From Thermoanaerobaculia bacterium (GTDB lineage: Bacteria; Acidobacteriota; Thermoanaerobaculia; Gp7-AA8): 64,000 bases of DNA. How positions within the stretch are numbered: position 1 is the first letter of the stretch; every line of letters starts with the position of its first letter. The translations under genes were made by a program, and so were the position numbers. Location: positions 4,383-68,382 of the forward strand of contig DATDFB010000034.1 of the NCBI GenBank assembly GCA_036522835.1, read 5' to 3'. Under the pieces are notes generated by a model. The model was not told where the DNA came from, did no database searches, and saw nothing but the letters and a program-made list of their open reading frames with translations. This document shows positions 13,063 through 20,934 of this stretch, in pieces.

Positions 13063-13089
13063 GGCCTAACTGCCCTCACAAGCTGACAA
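13063..13089. repeat. right copy of 26-27-bp direct repeat GGCCTAACTGCCCTCACAAGCTGACAA
   Basis: See left copy at 11355-11380. Lies immediately before the duplicated lhr 3' remnant. Confidence 0.85.
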
Positions 13090-13101
13090 CGGCCGCGTCA
13101 A

Positions 13102-13204
13102 CGTCATCAGCGCCGCCGACCCCCTCAACCTCGCCGGCGTCCGCGCACACCCCTCCACCCGCCGGGCGGCGGGTGCCGGTGGCGGCGGGGTTCGTGGGAC
13201 GCTA
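13102..13204 (+). pseudogene. degenerate duplicate of the lhr 3' end (displaced target copy / attR-like remnant)
   Basis: Matches lhr 9215-9275 and 9371-9413, including the synonymous differences gcc/gca and agg/cgc. Lacks ~95 bp internally and is out of frame. Confidence 0.75.
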
Positions 13205-13587
13205 GCAGTCTGCCAACTCGATCCTGAGAGCGGCTGCTGCTTCGCGCATTCGTCGATCGTAGCTGGCCAGGCTGATCTCTACGCCGAGCCCGCGGAGAAA
13301 GAGCAGCGTCGACAATGCAGCGCGTCGAGGGTGCGTACGGGCGATGGGAATGGCTCCGTCGCCCGCTGCAGTACATGCCGCGAAAGCTCGGCGATGGCCA
13401 GCGATTCGATGATTCTGCGCGCCGCTTCGCCGTGGGAGCGCTCCGCCCGCTGGCGATGAATCGCATTCCAGATTTCGTAATCGATGAGCCGGCTCGAAGC
13501 CAACTCTTCATCCCAAAAGGTGGGCGGCGGGCAACGGTCCTCTGCGAACAGCTCCGCGAGTACGACCGGGGTATCGACGTAGATCAT
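13202..13587 (-). pseudogene. vapC: PIN-domain toxin VapC with single-base frameshift near 13305
   Basis: ORF 13279..13689 gives MIYVDTPVVLAELF...RTLDALHC then stops. A -1 frame continues LSTLLFLRGLGVEISLASYDRRMREAAAALRIELADC to the stop at 13202-13204 (typical VapC C-terminus). Consistent with a 1-nt deletion in a TT run at ~13305, or with a sequencing error. Confidence 0.6.
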
Positions 13588-13880
13588 CGGTCTTCGCGGT
13601 CTGCGTCGAGATTCTGGAGAATCTTCTCCAGGGGAGCGATCGGACGTCGCGCAGGCGGCCGTTGACGCGCGACAGGTGGGGTCAGCCATTCGCGGCGGAT
13701 CGCGTCGGCAAGGATCGCGTCTTCGAGCGCTTCCGCCCGTCCCGTCGCGGGCGGCCCGATCTCCGCGACGACGCGATCGCGGTCGGAGACGAGAATCGTT
13801 TCACCCTGCGAAGCAAGCCGAATGTATTCACTCAGCTTGTTCTTGAGCACTTTGATGCCGACGGCACGCATGCGTGGCAA
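13584..13880 (-). CDS. Phd/YefM-family antitoxin (VapB partner of the frameshifted VapC)
   Basis: MRAVGIKVLKNKLSEYIRLASQGETILVSDRDRVVAEI. 4-bp overlap with the vapC start. Confidence 0.6.
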   Translation of the reverse strand: MPRMRAVGIKVLKNKLSEYIRLASQGETILVSDRDRVVAEIGPPATGRAEALEDAILADAIRREWLTPPVARQRPPARRPIAPLEKILQNLDADREDR

Positions 13881-13904
13881 CGTAGCTCCCGGTGGCTACT
13901 TTGT

Positions 13905-13942
13905 CAAAGCGCCCGGTACCCGCTCCCGCTTTCCGGGATCGC
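13905..13942. repeat. 38-bp direct repeat GTCAAAGCGCCCGGTACCCGCTC.CGCT.TCCGG.ATCGC, left copy
   Basis: Matches 14957-14993 with 3 mismatches. The right copy is the 3' end of the minus-strand gene 14957..15208. Confidence 0.8.
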
Positions 13943-13959
13943 ACTGGCGCGGTTCTTCG

Positions 13960-14145
13960 ATGCTCGTGCTCAAACGCCTGCGGAACTGGAGCTACGATAC
14001 GCTGGAGCAGGAGGTCCGCGCGAATCTGGTGTATCGGCAGTTCACGCGCGTCGGGACGGAGCGGGTGCCGGACGCAAAGTCGCTGATCCAGATTGGGCAG
14101 ATCCGATTCAACAACCGCAGGATGATGACGGCGGGCGCTTCCTGA
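13960..14145 (+). pseudogene. IS5-family (DUF772-type N-terminus) transposase fragment
   Basis: MLVLKRLRNWSYDTLEQEVRANLVYRQFTRVGTERVPDAKSLIQIGQ resembles IS5-family transposase N-terminal regions. Truncated after 61 aa with no DDE domain. Confidence 0.5.
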
Positions 14146-14339
14146 AAGCGCTGGCAATGGCTCCTACCGCGCGCCTGACCTACAAGGATCTCATCCGAGC
14201 AGAGCAGGCGTGAAGCGGCAGGGACGGGAAAACGTTTCCCGGGAGCGCAATCTGGTTCACTTTGACGGCGACTTCTGGAACGCCCAGCCGCTTGCGCTCC
14301 GCCAAGGTCATATGTACAGTCATCAGGTACAGGTGAGAC

Positions 14340-14621
14340 ATGGCCACAGAAACAACCTACACGCATGCTCGTGCAAACCTCAAAGCTCTTCTCGACGAGG
14401 CGTCAGACGGCCGCGACATCGTCATCATCCATCGCCGTGGCGCCGACGATGTTGCACTCATCGCGGTAGACGAACTGCGAAGCCTCATCGAGACGGCACA
14501 CCTACTTCGGTCTCCGAAGAACGCCGAGCGGCTGCTTCGTGCCTTAGCTCGTGCAAAGCGACGTAAGGGCCGTGCCCAGACGATGGCTAAACTGCGTCGC
14601 GATGTCGGTCTGGACGAGTAG
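14340..14621 (+). CDS. yefM: YefM/Phd-family type II antitoxin
   Basis: MATETTYTHARANLKALLDEASDGRDIVIIHRRGADDVALIAVDELRSLIETAHLLRSPKNAERL. Confidence 0.75.
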   Translation: MATETTYTHARANLKALLDEASDGRDIVIIHRRGADDVALIAVDELRSLIETAHLLRSPKNAERLLRALARAKRRKGRAQTMAKLRRDVGLDE

Positions 14622-14629
14622 CGCCGGCC

Positions 14630-14902
14630 GTGCCCAAGCAGAAAAGTCGTGCCGCTGTTTTCCAGGACGAGTTTCGTGAGGATCTTCGCTATTGGGTTCA
14701 GAACGATCGCAAGATTGCGCTCCGTGTCATCGACCTTGTCGAGGCCGTCATGCGCGACCCATTTATAGGAATCGGCAAGCCAGAGCCGCTGAAGTATCTC
14801 GCGTCGGGTGCGTGGTCTCGCCGTCTCACGCAGGAACATCGAATCGTATATGTCGTGTCAGACGACCGCATCGATTTTCTCCAAGCCAAATATCACTACT
14901 AA
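14630..14902 (+). CDS. yoeB: YoeB/Txe-family type II toxin (mRNA interferase)
   Basis: ..GIGKPEPLKYLASGAWSRRLTQEHRIVYVVSDDRIDFLQAKYHY matches the YoeB C-terminal signature. Lies immediately downstream of yefM. Confidence 0.75.
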   Translation: MPKQKSRAAVFQDEFREDLRYWVQNDRKIALRVIDLVEAVMRDPFIGIGKPEPLKYLASGAWSRRLTQEHRIVYVVSDDRIDFLQAKYHY

Positions 14903-14956
14903 ATAGGCCGCCCAGCGATCTTCCGAGTCGCAGGCGGGCGAAGCTCCGCGACGGCG

Positions 14957-14993
14957 TCAAAGCGCCCGGTACCCGCTCTCGCTCTCCGGAATC
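14957..14993. repeat. 38-bp direct repeat, right copy (native 3' end of gene 14957..15208)
   Basis: See 13905-13942. Confidence 0.8.
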
Positions 14994-15208
14994 GCGCTCT
15001 TTCTCCGCTCGAGCTTCGTCACGCGCCAGTCGCCGTGCTCGCGCACGACCTCGACGTGCACGGACGTGTGCTCGTCCACGTTGCCGGCCCAGGCGTAGCG
15101 CGCGCCGTCCCACTGCTCCGGCGCGAGGCCGCGCTCGCGCAGGCGCTCCTCGGCGTACTCGACGACCTGCTCGGGACCGATGTGATCGCAATTTGGCATG
15201 ATGGCCAA
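14957..15208 (-). CDS. small hypothetical protein
   Basis: MAIMPNCDHIGPEQVVEYAEERLRERGLAPEQWDGARYAWAGNVDEHTSVHVEVVREHGDWRVTKLERRKSAIPESESGYRAL. Its 3' end is duplicated at 13905-13942. Confidence 0.4.
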   Translation of the reverse strand: MAIMPNCDHIGPEQVVEYAEERLRERGLAPEQWDGARYAWAGNVDEHTSVHVEVVREHGDWRVTKLERRKSAIPESESGYRAL

Positions 15209-15210
15209 GT

Positions 15211-16179
15211 ATGCAACACCTTTTCCTCGCCCTGGCCCTGCTCCTTCCCGTCGAGCACGACTTCGTCGTCCGCGACTTCCACTTCAAGAGCGGCGAGACC
15301 CTCGCGGAGGTGCGGATCCACTACGTCACCCTCGGCGATCCCGCGGGAAAGCCCGTGCTCATCCTCCACGGCACCGGCGGCTCGTCGAAGCAGTTTCTGA
15401 ACGACCACTTCGCGGACGTCCTTTTCAAGGAAGGGGGCGCGCTCGACGCGCGGACGCACTTCATCGTCATCCCCGACAACGTCGGGCACGGGCAGTCGTC
15501 CAAGCCGAGCGACGGCCTGCGCGGGCGCTTCCCGCACTACGACTACGACGACATGGTCGAGCTCCAGCACCGCCTCCTCGTCGACGGCCTGCACCTCCAT
15601 CGCGTTCACCTCGTCATGGGCACGTCGATGGGCGGCATGCAGACGTGGATGTGGGGCGAGCATTGGCCGACGTTCATGGACGCGCTCCTGCCGCTGGCCA
15701 GCGCGCCGGCGCAGATCGCGGGGCGCAACCGCGTCTGGCGGAAGATGGCCATCGACGACCTGAAGCGCGGCGACGTCGCCGGCGCCGTGCAGCTCCTGAT
15801 GATCGCGACCTCGAGCCCGCTGCAGTGGCAGAAGAGCGGGCCGACGCGCGACGACGCCGACCGCTGGCTCGCCGAGCAGATGAAGAGTCGGCTGGCGAAT
15901 ACCGACGCCGACGACCTCCTCTACGCCCTCGAAGCGTCGCGCAACTACGACCCCGCGCCGGAGCTCGAGAACATCGCCGCGCCGCTCATCGCCATCAACT
16001 CCGCCGACGACTTCGTCAATCCGCCGGAGCTCGGCATCCTCGAGCGCGCCATCCAGCGCGTCAAGCGCGGGCGCTACGTCCTCATCCCCACGAGCGAGGC
16101 CACGCGCGGGCACGGCACGCACACGTGGGCGGCGCTGTGGCAGCAATACGTCAGGGAGCTCGATACACCACCGCGTTGA
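15211..16179 (+). CDS. alpha/beta-hydrolase, homoserine O-acetyltransferase (MetX)-like family
   Basis: ..VLILHGTGGSSKQF..HFIVIPDNVGHGQSSKP..GTSMGGMQTW.. matches the MetX-like alpha/beta hydrolase pattern. Confidence 0.65.
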   Translation: MQHLFLALALLLPVEHDFVVRDFHFKSGETLAEVRIHYVTLGDPAGKPVLILHGTGGSSKQFLNDHFADVLFKEGGALDARTHFIVIPDNVGHGQSSKPSDGLRGRFPHYDYDDMVELQHRLLVDGLHLHRVHLVMGTSMGGMQTWMWGEHWPTFMDALLPLASAPAQIAGRNRVWRKMAIDDLKRGDVAGAVQLLMIATSSPLQWQKSGPTRDDADRWLAEQMKSRLANTDADDLLYALEASRNYDPAPELENIAAPLIAINSADDFVNPPELGILERAIQRVKRGRYVLIPTSEATRGHGTHTWAALWQQYVRELDTPPR

Positions 16180-17230
16180 TGTGCATCCCCGCGCCGACGG
16201 AGGCGAAGACCACCACGTCGCCGCTCTTGATCTCGTGCGGCGGCAGCTTCCCCTTCGTAATCAGGTCGAGCAGCGTCGGCACCGTGGCCACGGAGCTGTT
16301 GCCGAGCCAGGAGATCGTCATCGGCATCACCTCGTCGTGCGGCGCCTTGTCGATCCCGTACAGCTTGTACAGCGCGTCGAGGATGGCCTCGTCCATCTTG
16401 CCGTTGGCCTGGTGGATCAGCACCTTCTTGACGTCGCCGATCGAGAGGCCGGCGCGGTCGAGCGTCTCCTTGATCGCCCCGGCCACGTTGTTGAGCGCGT
16501 ACTTGTAGAGCTTGCGCCCCTCCATCTTCAGGAAGAGCGCCTCGAGGAACACCTCTTCGTTGTACGACGGCCCCATGAAGAGCATGCCGGAGTGCTCGAT
16601 CGTGTCGGAGCGGACGGCGTGGGCGAGGATGCCGCCGCTCGTGTCGCGCGCTTCGAGGATCGTCGCGCCGGCGCCGTCGGCGTAGATCAGGCTGTCGCGG
16701 TCGTGCGGGTCGGAGATGCGCGAGAGCGTGTCGGCGCCGATGACCATGGCCCGCTTGATGTCGCCGGCGCGGATCATGGCGTCGGCCATGATCACTCCTT
16801 GCAGCCAGCCGGGGCAGCCGAAGATGACGTCGACGGCGACGGTCTTCGGGTTCCCGATCTTCAGCTTGGCCTTCACGCGCGCGGCGAGCGCCGGCACGAG
16901 GTCGGAGCGATGGCTGCGGGCCCTGACGTCGCCGAAGTTGTGGCCGAAGATGATGTAGTCGAGCGACTCGGGGTCGGTGCCGGACGACTCGATCGCGGCC
17001 TGCGCGGCCAGGAACCCGAGGTCCGAGGTGACCTGGTCCTTCTCCGCCCAGCGCCGCTCGCGGATCGTCGTGATGGCCTCGAACTGCTGGAGGATCTCCG
17101 CGTTCGGCTTGTCGATCGCCTTGCGGTCGGGGCCGCGGAACTCGTGGTGCAGAAAATGGTCGTTCGGGACGGCGTGTGACGGGATATGGCTCCCGGTGCC
17201 GGCTATCACGGAGCGCATGACGGGAATCAT
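16151..17230 (-). CDS. 3-oxoacyl-ACP synthase III (KAS III, FabH-like)
   Basis: VIAGTGSHIP..; CPGWLQG active-site Cys region; HQANGKMDE and GNSSVATVP motifs typical of FabH-family condensing enzymes. Start at MIPVMRSV. Confidence 0.8.
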   Translation of the reverse strand: MIPVMRSVIAGTGSHIPSHAVPNDHFLHHEFRGPDRKAIDKPNAEILQQFEAITTIRERRWAEKDQVTSDLGFLAAQAAIESSGTDPESLDYIIFGHNFGDVRARSHRSDLVPALAARVKAKLKIGNPKTVAVDVIFGCPGWLQGVIMADAMIRAGDIKRAMVIGADTLSRISDPHDRDSLIYADGAGATILEARDTSGGILAHAVRSDTIEHSGMLFMGPSYNEEVFLEALFLKMEGRKLYKYALNNVAGAIKETLDRAGLSIGDVKKVLIHQANGKMDEAILDALYKLYGIDKAPHDEVMPMTISWLGNSSVATVPTLLDLITKGKLPPHEIKSGDVVVFASVGAGMHINAVVYRAP

Positions 17231-17278
17231 AATGTCGTTGCAACCATTCACTCATCCAATCGTTCAATAGGGTTCGGT

Positions 17279-18601
17279 ATGGAACAAAAGCGCTCGCGTA
17301 AACGGCTGTTTTGGCTGGTCGGTCTGGCTGTCCTCGTCGTCATCGCCCTCGTGGCGATGGTGGCGTCGAAAAAGAAGGACAAACCGATCTTCGTCACCAC
17401 CGACAAGGCCTTCCGCAAGAACGTTACGCAGCTGGTGACGGCGACGGGGAAGATCCAGCCCGAGGTCGAGGTGAAGATCGCCCCGGAGGTCTCGGGGGAG
17501 ATCGTCGATCTTCCGGTCAAGGAAGGGGACCTCATCCACCGCGGGCAGCTCTTGCTGCGCATCAAGCCCGACGCCTACAAGGCGCAAGTGGAGTCGCAGC
17601 AGGCGGCGCTGAGCGGGGCGCGCTCGGCGAGCGTGCGGAACCGCGCGGAGCTGGCGAAGGCGGAGCAGGACTACAAGCGCGCCCAGCAGCTCTTCAACGC
17701 CAAGCTTCTGCCGGAGTCGGACCGCAACACGGCCCAGACGCAGTACGACATGGCCAAGGCCGCGCTCGAGTCCTCGCTGTTCGAGATCCAGCGCGCCGAG
17801 GGGGCGCTGCGGCAGATCACCGACGCGCTGTCGAAGACGACGATCTATTCACCGGCCGACGGCACGATCAGCTCGCTCACCAGCCGCCTGGGGGAGCGCG
17901 TGGTCGGCACGAGCCAGTTCGCCGGCACGGAGATCATGCGCATCGCCAATCTCGACAACATGGAAGCGGTGGTGAACGTCAACGAGAACGACATCCCCAA
18001 CGTTCACCTCGGACAGACCGTGCGCATCAGCGTCGATGCCTATCCCGACAAGGTCATTCAGGGCGTCGTGCGCGAGATCGCCAGCACGGCCACGACGAAG
18101 AACGCCGGCAGCCAGGAAGAGGTGACGAACTTCGAGGTGAAGATCCGCATCCCCGACCGCACGCTGCGCCTCCGCCCCGGCATGAGCACGACGGCGGACA
18201 TCGAGACGGCCACGGTGCAAAACGCGGTGGTGGTGCCGATCCAGGCCGTGACCGCGCGCATCGCCGGTAGCAAGCAGTCGCCCGAGGAGCGGGAGAGGAA
18301 CACGGCGCAGCAGGCCGCGCGCGACGGCGGCGACAACAAGGCCGACGTCACCAACCAGACCCAGGAAAAGCAGAAGCAGCGCGAGCTGCGCGAGCAGTTG
18401 CAGCGCGTCGTGTTCGTGAAGAACGGCGACAAGGTCCGCCAGCAGAAAGTCGAGACCGGGATCGCCGACTCGACCTACATCGAGATCAAGAACGGCATCA
18501 AGCCGGGCGACGAGGTCGTCTCCGGCTCGTACACGGCGATCTCGCGGCGGCTGAAGGACGGGGCGAAGGTGGCGATCGAGAAGCCGGGGAAGGGGTCGTA
18601 G
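17279..18601 (+). CDS. efflux transporter periplasmic adaptor subunit (HlyD/MFP family)
   Basis: N-terminal TM anchor (LFWLVGLAVLVVIALVAMVA), coiled-coil region, then beta-barrel/lipoyl motifs (VSGEIVDLPVKEGDLIHRGQLLLRI; ...FVKNGDKVRQQKVETG). Confidence 0.8.
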   Translation: MEQKRSRKRLFWLVGLAVLVVIALVAMVASKKKDKPIFVTTDKAFRKNVTQLVTATGKIQPEVEVKIAPEVSGEIVDLPVKEGDLIHRGQLLLRIKPDAYKAQVESQQAALSGARSASVRNRAELAKAEQDYKRAQQLFNAKLLPESDRNTAQTQYDMAKAALESSLFEIQRAEGALRQITDALSKTTIYSPADGTISSLTSRLGERVVGTSQFAGTEIMRIANLDNMEAVVNVNENDIPNVHLGQTVRISVDAYPDKVIQGVVREIASTATTKNAGSQEEVTNFEVKIRIPDRTLRLRPGMSTTADIETATVQNAVVVPIQAVTARIAGSKQSPEERERNTAQQAARDGGDNKADVTNQTQEKQKQRELREQLQRVVFVKNGDKVRQQKVETGIADSTYIEIKNGIKPGDEVVSGSYTAISRRLKDGAKVAIEKPGKGS

Positions 18602-18696
18602 TTCTTGGTTCTTAGTTCTTGGTTCTTAGGTTCTTAGGTTCTTAAGTTCTCCAGGGGATTCAAACTAAGAACTAAGAACCTAAGAACTAAGAACCG
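18602..18696. repeat. hairpin built from tandem heptamers (unit GTTCTTAG / CTAAGAAC), AT-rich, copy H1
   Basis: TTCTTGG TTCTTAG TTCTTGG TTCTTAG GTTCTTAG GTTCTTAA ...loop... CTAAGAA CTAAGAAC CTAAGAA CTAAGAAC. Lies directly after the stop of the adaptor gene. Confidence 0.85.
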
Positions 18697-18731
18697 GCGG
18701 CGTCGTACGAAGGCTGTCGTACTATTCGGTC

Positions 18732-20030
18732 ATGCACCGTCCGCTCGCATTGCTTGCCCCGCTCCTTCTCGCCGCCTGTGCGCACGTGGCGCCGTCGCCG
18801 TCGTGCGACTTCGTGCCGGCGGCCGATCACCATCAGCACCTGATCAGCGCCGAGGCGGCGAAGCTCGGCGGCGATCATCCGCTGCCGGCGGTCGCCGCGC
18901 CGCCGGAGCTCGCGCGCTTGCTCGCCGACCGCACGGCGCACTGGAACGACGCGAAAGCGCTCGCCGATCTCTTCACCGAGGACAGCGTCGTCTACTCGAC
19001 CGATCACAATTGGATCCGTGGCCGTGCCGCCGTCGCCGACTACCTCGGCGGGCGCTTCGCGCGGCCGTACGACGTCACGCCCGCCGTCGTGCAACTCGAC
19101 GGCAACTCCGGTGTTCTCGTCGGCTACTTCACGCGAGCGGGGAAACCGTTCGGCGAGGTGCAGATGGCGCTGCGCAAAGCCAGCGACGGCGCCTGGCGCA
19201 TCGCCGCGGAGTCGCCGGTCTTTCCGGGGCCGGACACGCGGAGCGAGTACACGGCGGAGCAGCTCATTGCCAAGCTCGACGCCGCCGGCATCCGCCGCGC
19301 GGCGGTGCTGTCGACGGCGTACTGGTTCGGCAGCCCGTTCCACCCGAACATCGAGAACGAGCTCGCCAAGGTGCGCGCGGAGAACGACTGGACGGCGGAG
19401 CAGGTCGCGCGCTACCCCGACCGTCTCATCGCCTTCATGAGCGTGAATCCGCTGAAGGACTACGCGCTCTCGGAGCTCGAGCGCTGCGCCAAGAGCGGCC
19501 GCTTCAAAGGGATCAAGCTGCACTTCGGCAACTCCCAGGTCGACGTGAAGAACCCGCAGCACGTGGAAACGATGAAGCAGTTCTTCCGCGCCGCGAACCG
19601 CCTGCGAATGCCGATCGTCGTGCACCTCTGGACGCGCGACCGCACGTACGGCCGCGAGCACGCGGAGATTTTTCTGAATCAGATCCTGCCCGAGGCGCCC
19701 GACATCGTCGTGCAGATCGCGCACTTCGCCGGCGGCGGCCCCGGTTACACGGACGCGGCCCTGGGCGTCTACGCCGAGGCCATTCAGAAGGGGGATCCGC
19801 ACACGAAGAAGCTCTACTTCGACGTGGCCACGGTGGCCGACGAGCAGCCGGAGGCGGAGCTCAAGCGCTTCGCCGAGCGCATCCGCCAGGTCGGCCTCGA
19901 CCGCGTGCTCTTCGGCAGCGACCTCGGCCCGCCGTACGCGAAGCAGGAGTGGATGACGTTCCGCATGACGGTCCCGCTGACGAGCGAGGAGATGCGGACG
20001 ATCGCGGCGAACGTCGCGCCGTATTTCTAA
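18732..20030 (+). CDS. lipoprotein; amidohydrolase-2 (metal-dependent hydrolase) family with N-terminal SnoaL-like domain
   Basis: Lipobox LLLAAC; TIM-barrel amidohydrolase-like C-terminal half (..IVVHLWTRD..HFAGGGPGY..LFGSDLGP). Confidence 0.6.
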   Translation: MHRPLALLAPLLLAACAHVAPSPSCDFVPAADHHQHLISAEAAKLGGDHPLPAVAAPPELARLLADRTAHWNDAKALADLFTEDSVVYSTDHNWIRGRAAVADYLGGRFARPYDVTPAVVQLDGNSGVLVGYFTRAGKPFGEVQMALRKASDGAWRIAAESPVFPGPDTRSEYTAEQLIAKLDAAGIRRAAVLSTAYWFGSPFHPNIENELAKVRAENDWTAEQVARYPDRLIAFMSVNPLKDYALSELERCAKSGRFKGIKLHFGNSQVDVKNPQHVETMKQFFRAANRLRMPIVVHLWTRDRTYGREHAEIFLNQILPEAPDIVVQIAHFAGGGPGYTDAALGVYAEAIQKGDPHTKKLYFDVATVADEQPEAELKRFAERIRQVGLDRVLFGSDLGPPYAKQEWMTFRMTVPLTSEEMRTIAANVAPYF

Positions 20031-20055
20031 CCTTCGCGAATCGTGAGCGTCCGGA

Positions 20056-20934
20056 GTGATCGTGAAGATCACTCCGTGTCTGCTCATCCTCGCCGCCGTC
20101 GCGCCGCTGATCGCCCAACAAGTCGCCGATCCGGACTTTGATGCTCGCGTCGAGCGCCCGGCGTTCGTCCGCGCGCATCCGAAGGTGCTCTTCGATGAAG
20201 GGCATCACAACGTGCACAAGAGCGACTCGACGTATCGGGCCTTCGTCGCGCTGCTGCGCAATGACGGCTGCTCCGTCGACGTCAACGCGGGTCCGTTCAC
20301 GGCGGAGACGCTTCGCGGCTATCGGCTGCTCGTCATCGCCGGCGCGCTGGGGGCGCCGCTCGACGACGAAAAGCACGCACAGGAGCCCGCTTTCACGAAC
20401 GAAGAAGCCAGCGTCGTTCGCGAGTGGGTACGAGGCGGCGGTTCTCTTCTCCTCCTGACCGATCACGAGCCGGTGGCCTCGGCGGAGGAGGCATTGGTGC
20501 GCGCCTTCGGCGTCCAGCCGATGAAGGCCGTCGTGATTGACGAAGAGCATCACTTCGAGACCTACTATCCCTCCAACGTCCTGGCGAGCCGCGACAACGG
20601 CCTGCTCGCCGGCCATCCGGTCACGCGCGGCGTGAAACGCGTGGTGATCTTCGGCGGACAATCGCTGCTCTTTCCGAAGACCGCCACGGTTTTGGTCCGC
20701 GTCGGAAAGCGCGCGCACGCGGCGGCTCTGGGGAACGGCCAGGCCGGCGCGCTGCCCTTCGGGCGCGGCCGCGTCGTCATCACCGGCGACATGGGCATGC
20801 TGTCGGCGCAGCTCATCACGGAAAACGGCAGGACGGGGAAGTGGGGGATGAACGTGCCGGGCATCGACAACCGGCAGCTCGTGCTCAACGTCGAGCGCTG
20901 GCTGCTCAGTGCCGGAAGTGCCGCTCGCCGGTGA
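20056..20934 (+). CDS. secreted hypothetical protein
   Basis: GTG start with signal peptide ([19 protein letters not shown]). Its 3' end overlaps purH by 29 bp (convergent). Confidence 0.45.
   Translation: MIVKITPCLLILAAVAPLIAQQVADPDFDARVERPAFVRAHPKVLFDEGHHNVHKSDSTYRAFVALLRNDGCSVDVNAGPFTAETLRGYRLLVIAGALGAPLDDEKHAQEPAFTNEEASVVREWVRGGGSLLLLTDHEPVASAEEALVRAFGVQPMKAVVIDEEHHFETYYPSNVLASRDNGLLAGHPVTRGVKRVVIFGGQSLLFPKTATVLVRVGKRAHAAALGNGQAGALPFGRGRVVITGDMGMLSAQLITENGRTGKWGMNVPGIDNRQLVLNVERWLLSAGSAARR

Larger units (their letters stand above)
9414..13099. mobile_element. ~3.7-kb lower-GC inserted island at the 3' end of lhr, with no integrase visible
   Basis: Sequence becomes visibly AT-richer from ~9480. 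The island is bounded on the right by a degenerate duplicate (13102-13204) of the lhr 3' terminus (9215-9275 and 9371-9413). The two copies differ by synonymous substitutions and a ~95-bp internal deletion. Confidence 0.65.

Noticed and set aside
16074-17267. 397-aa minus-strand ORF overlapping the FabH-like gene
   Set aside because: Different frame of the same region, Arg/Pro-rich. The FabH-like frame carries recognisable KAS III motifs.
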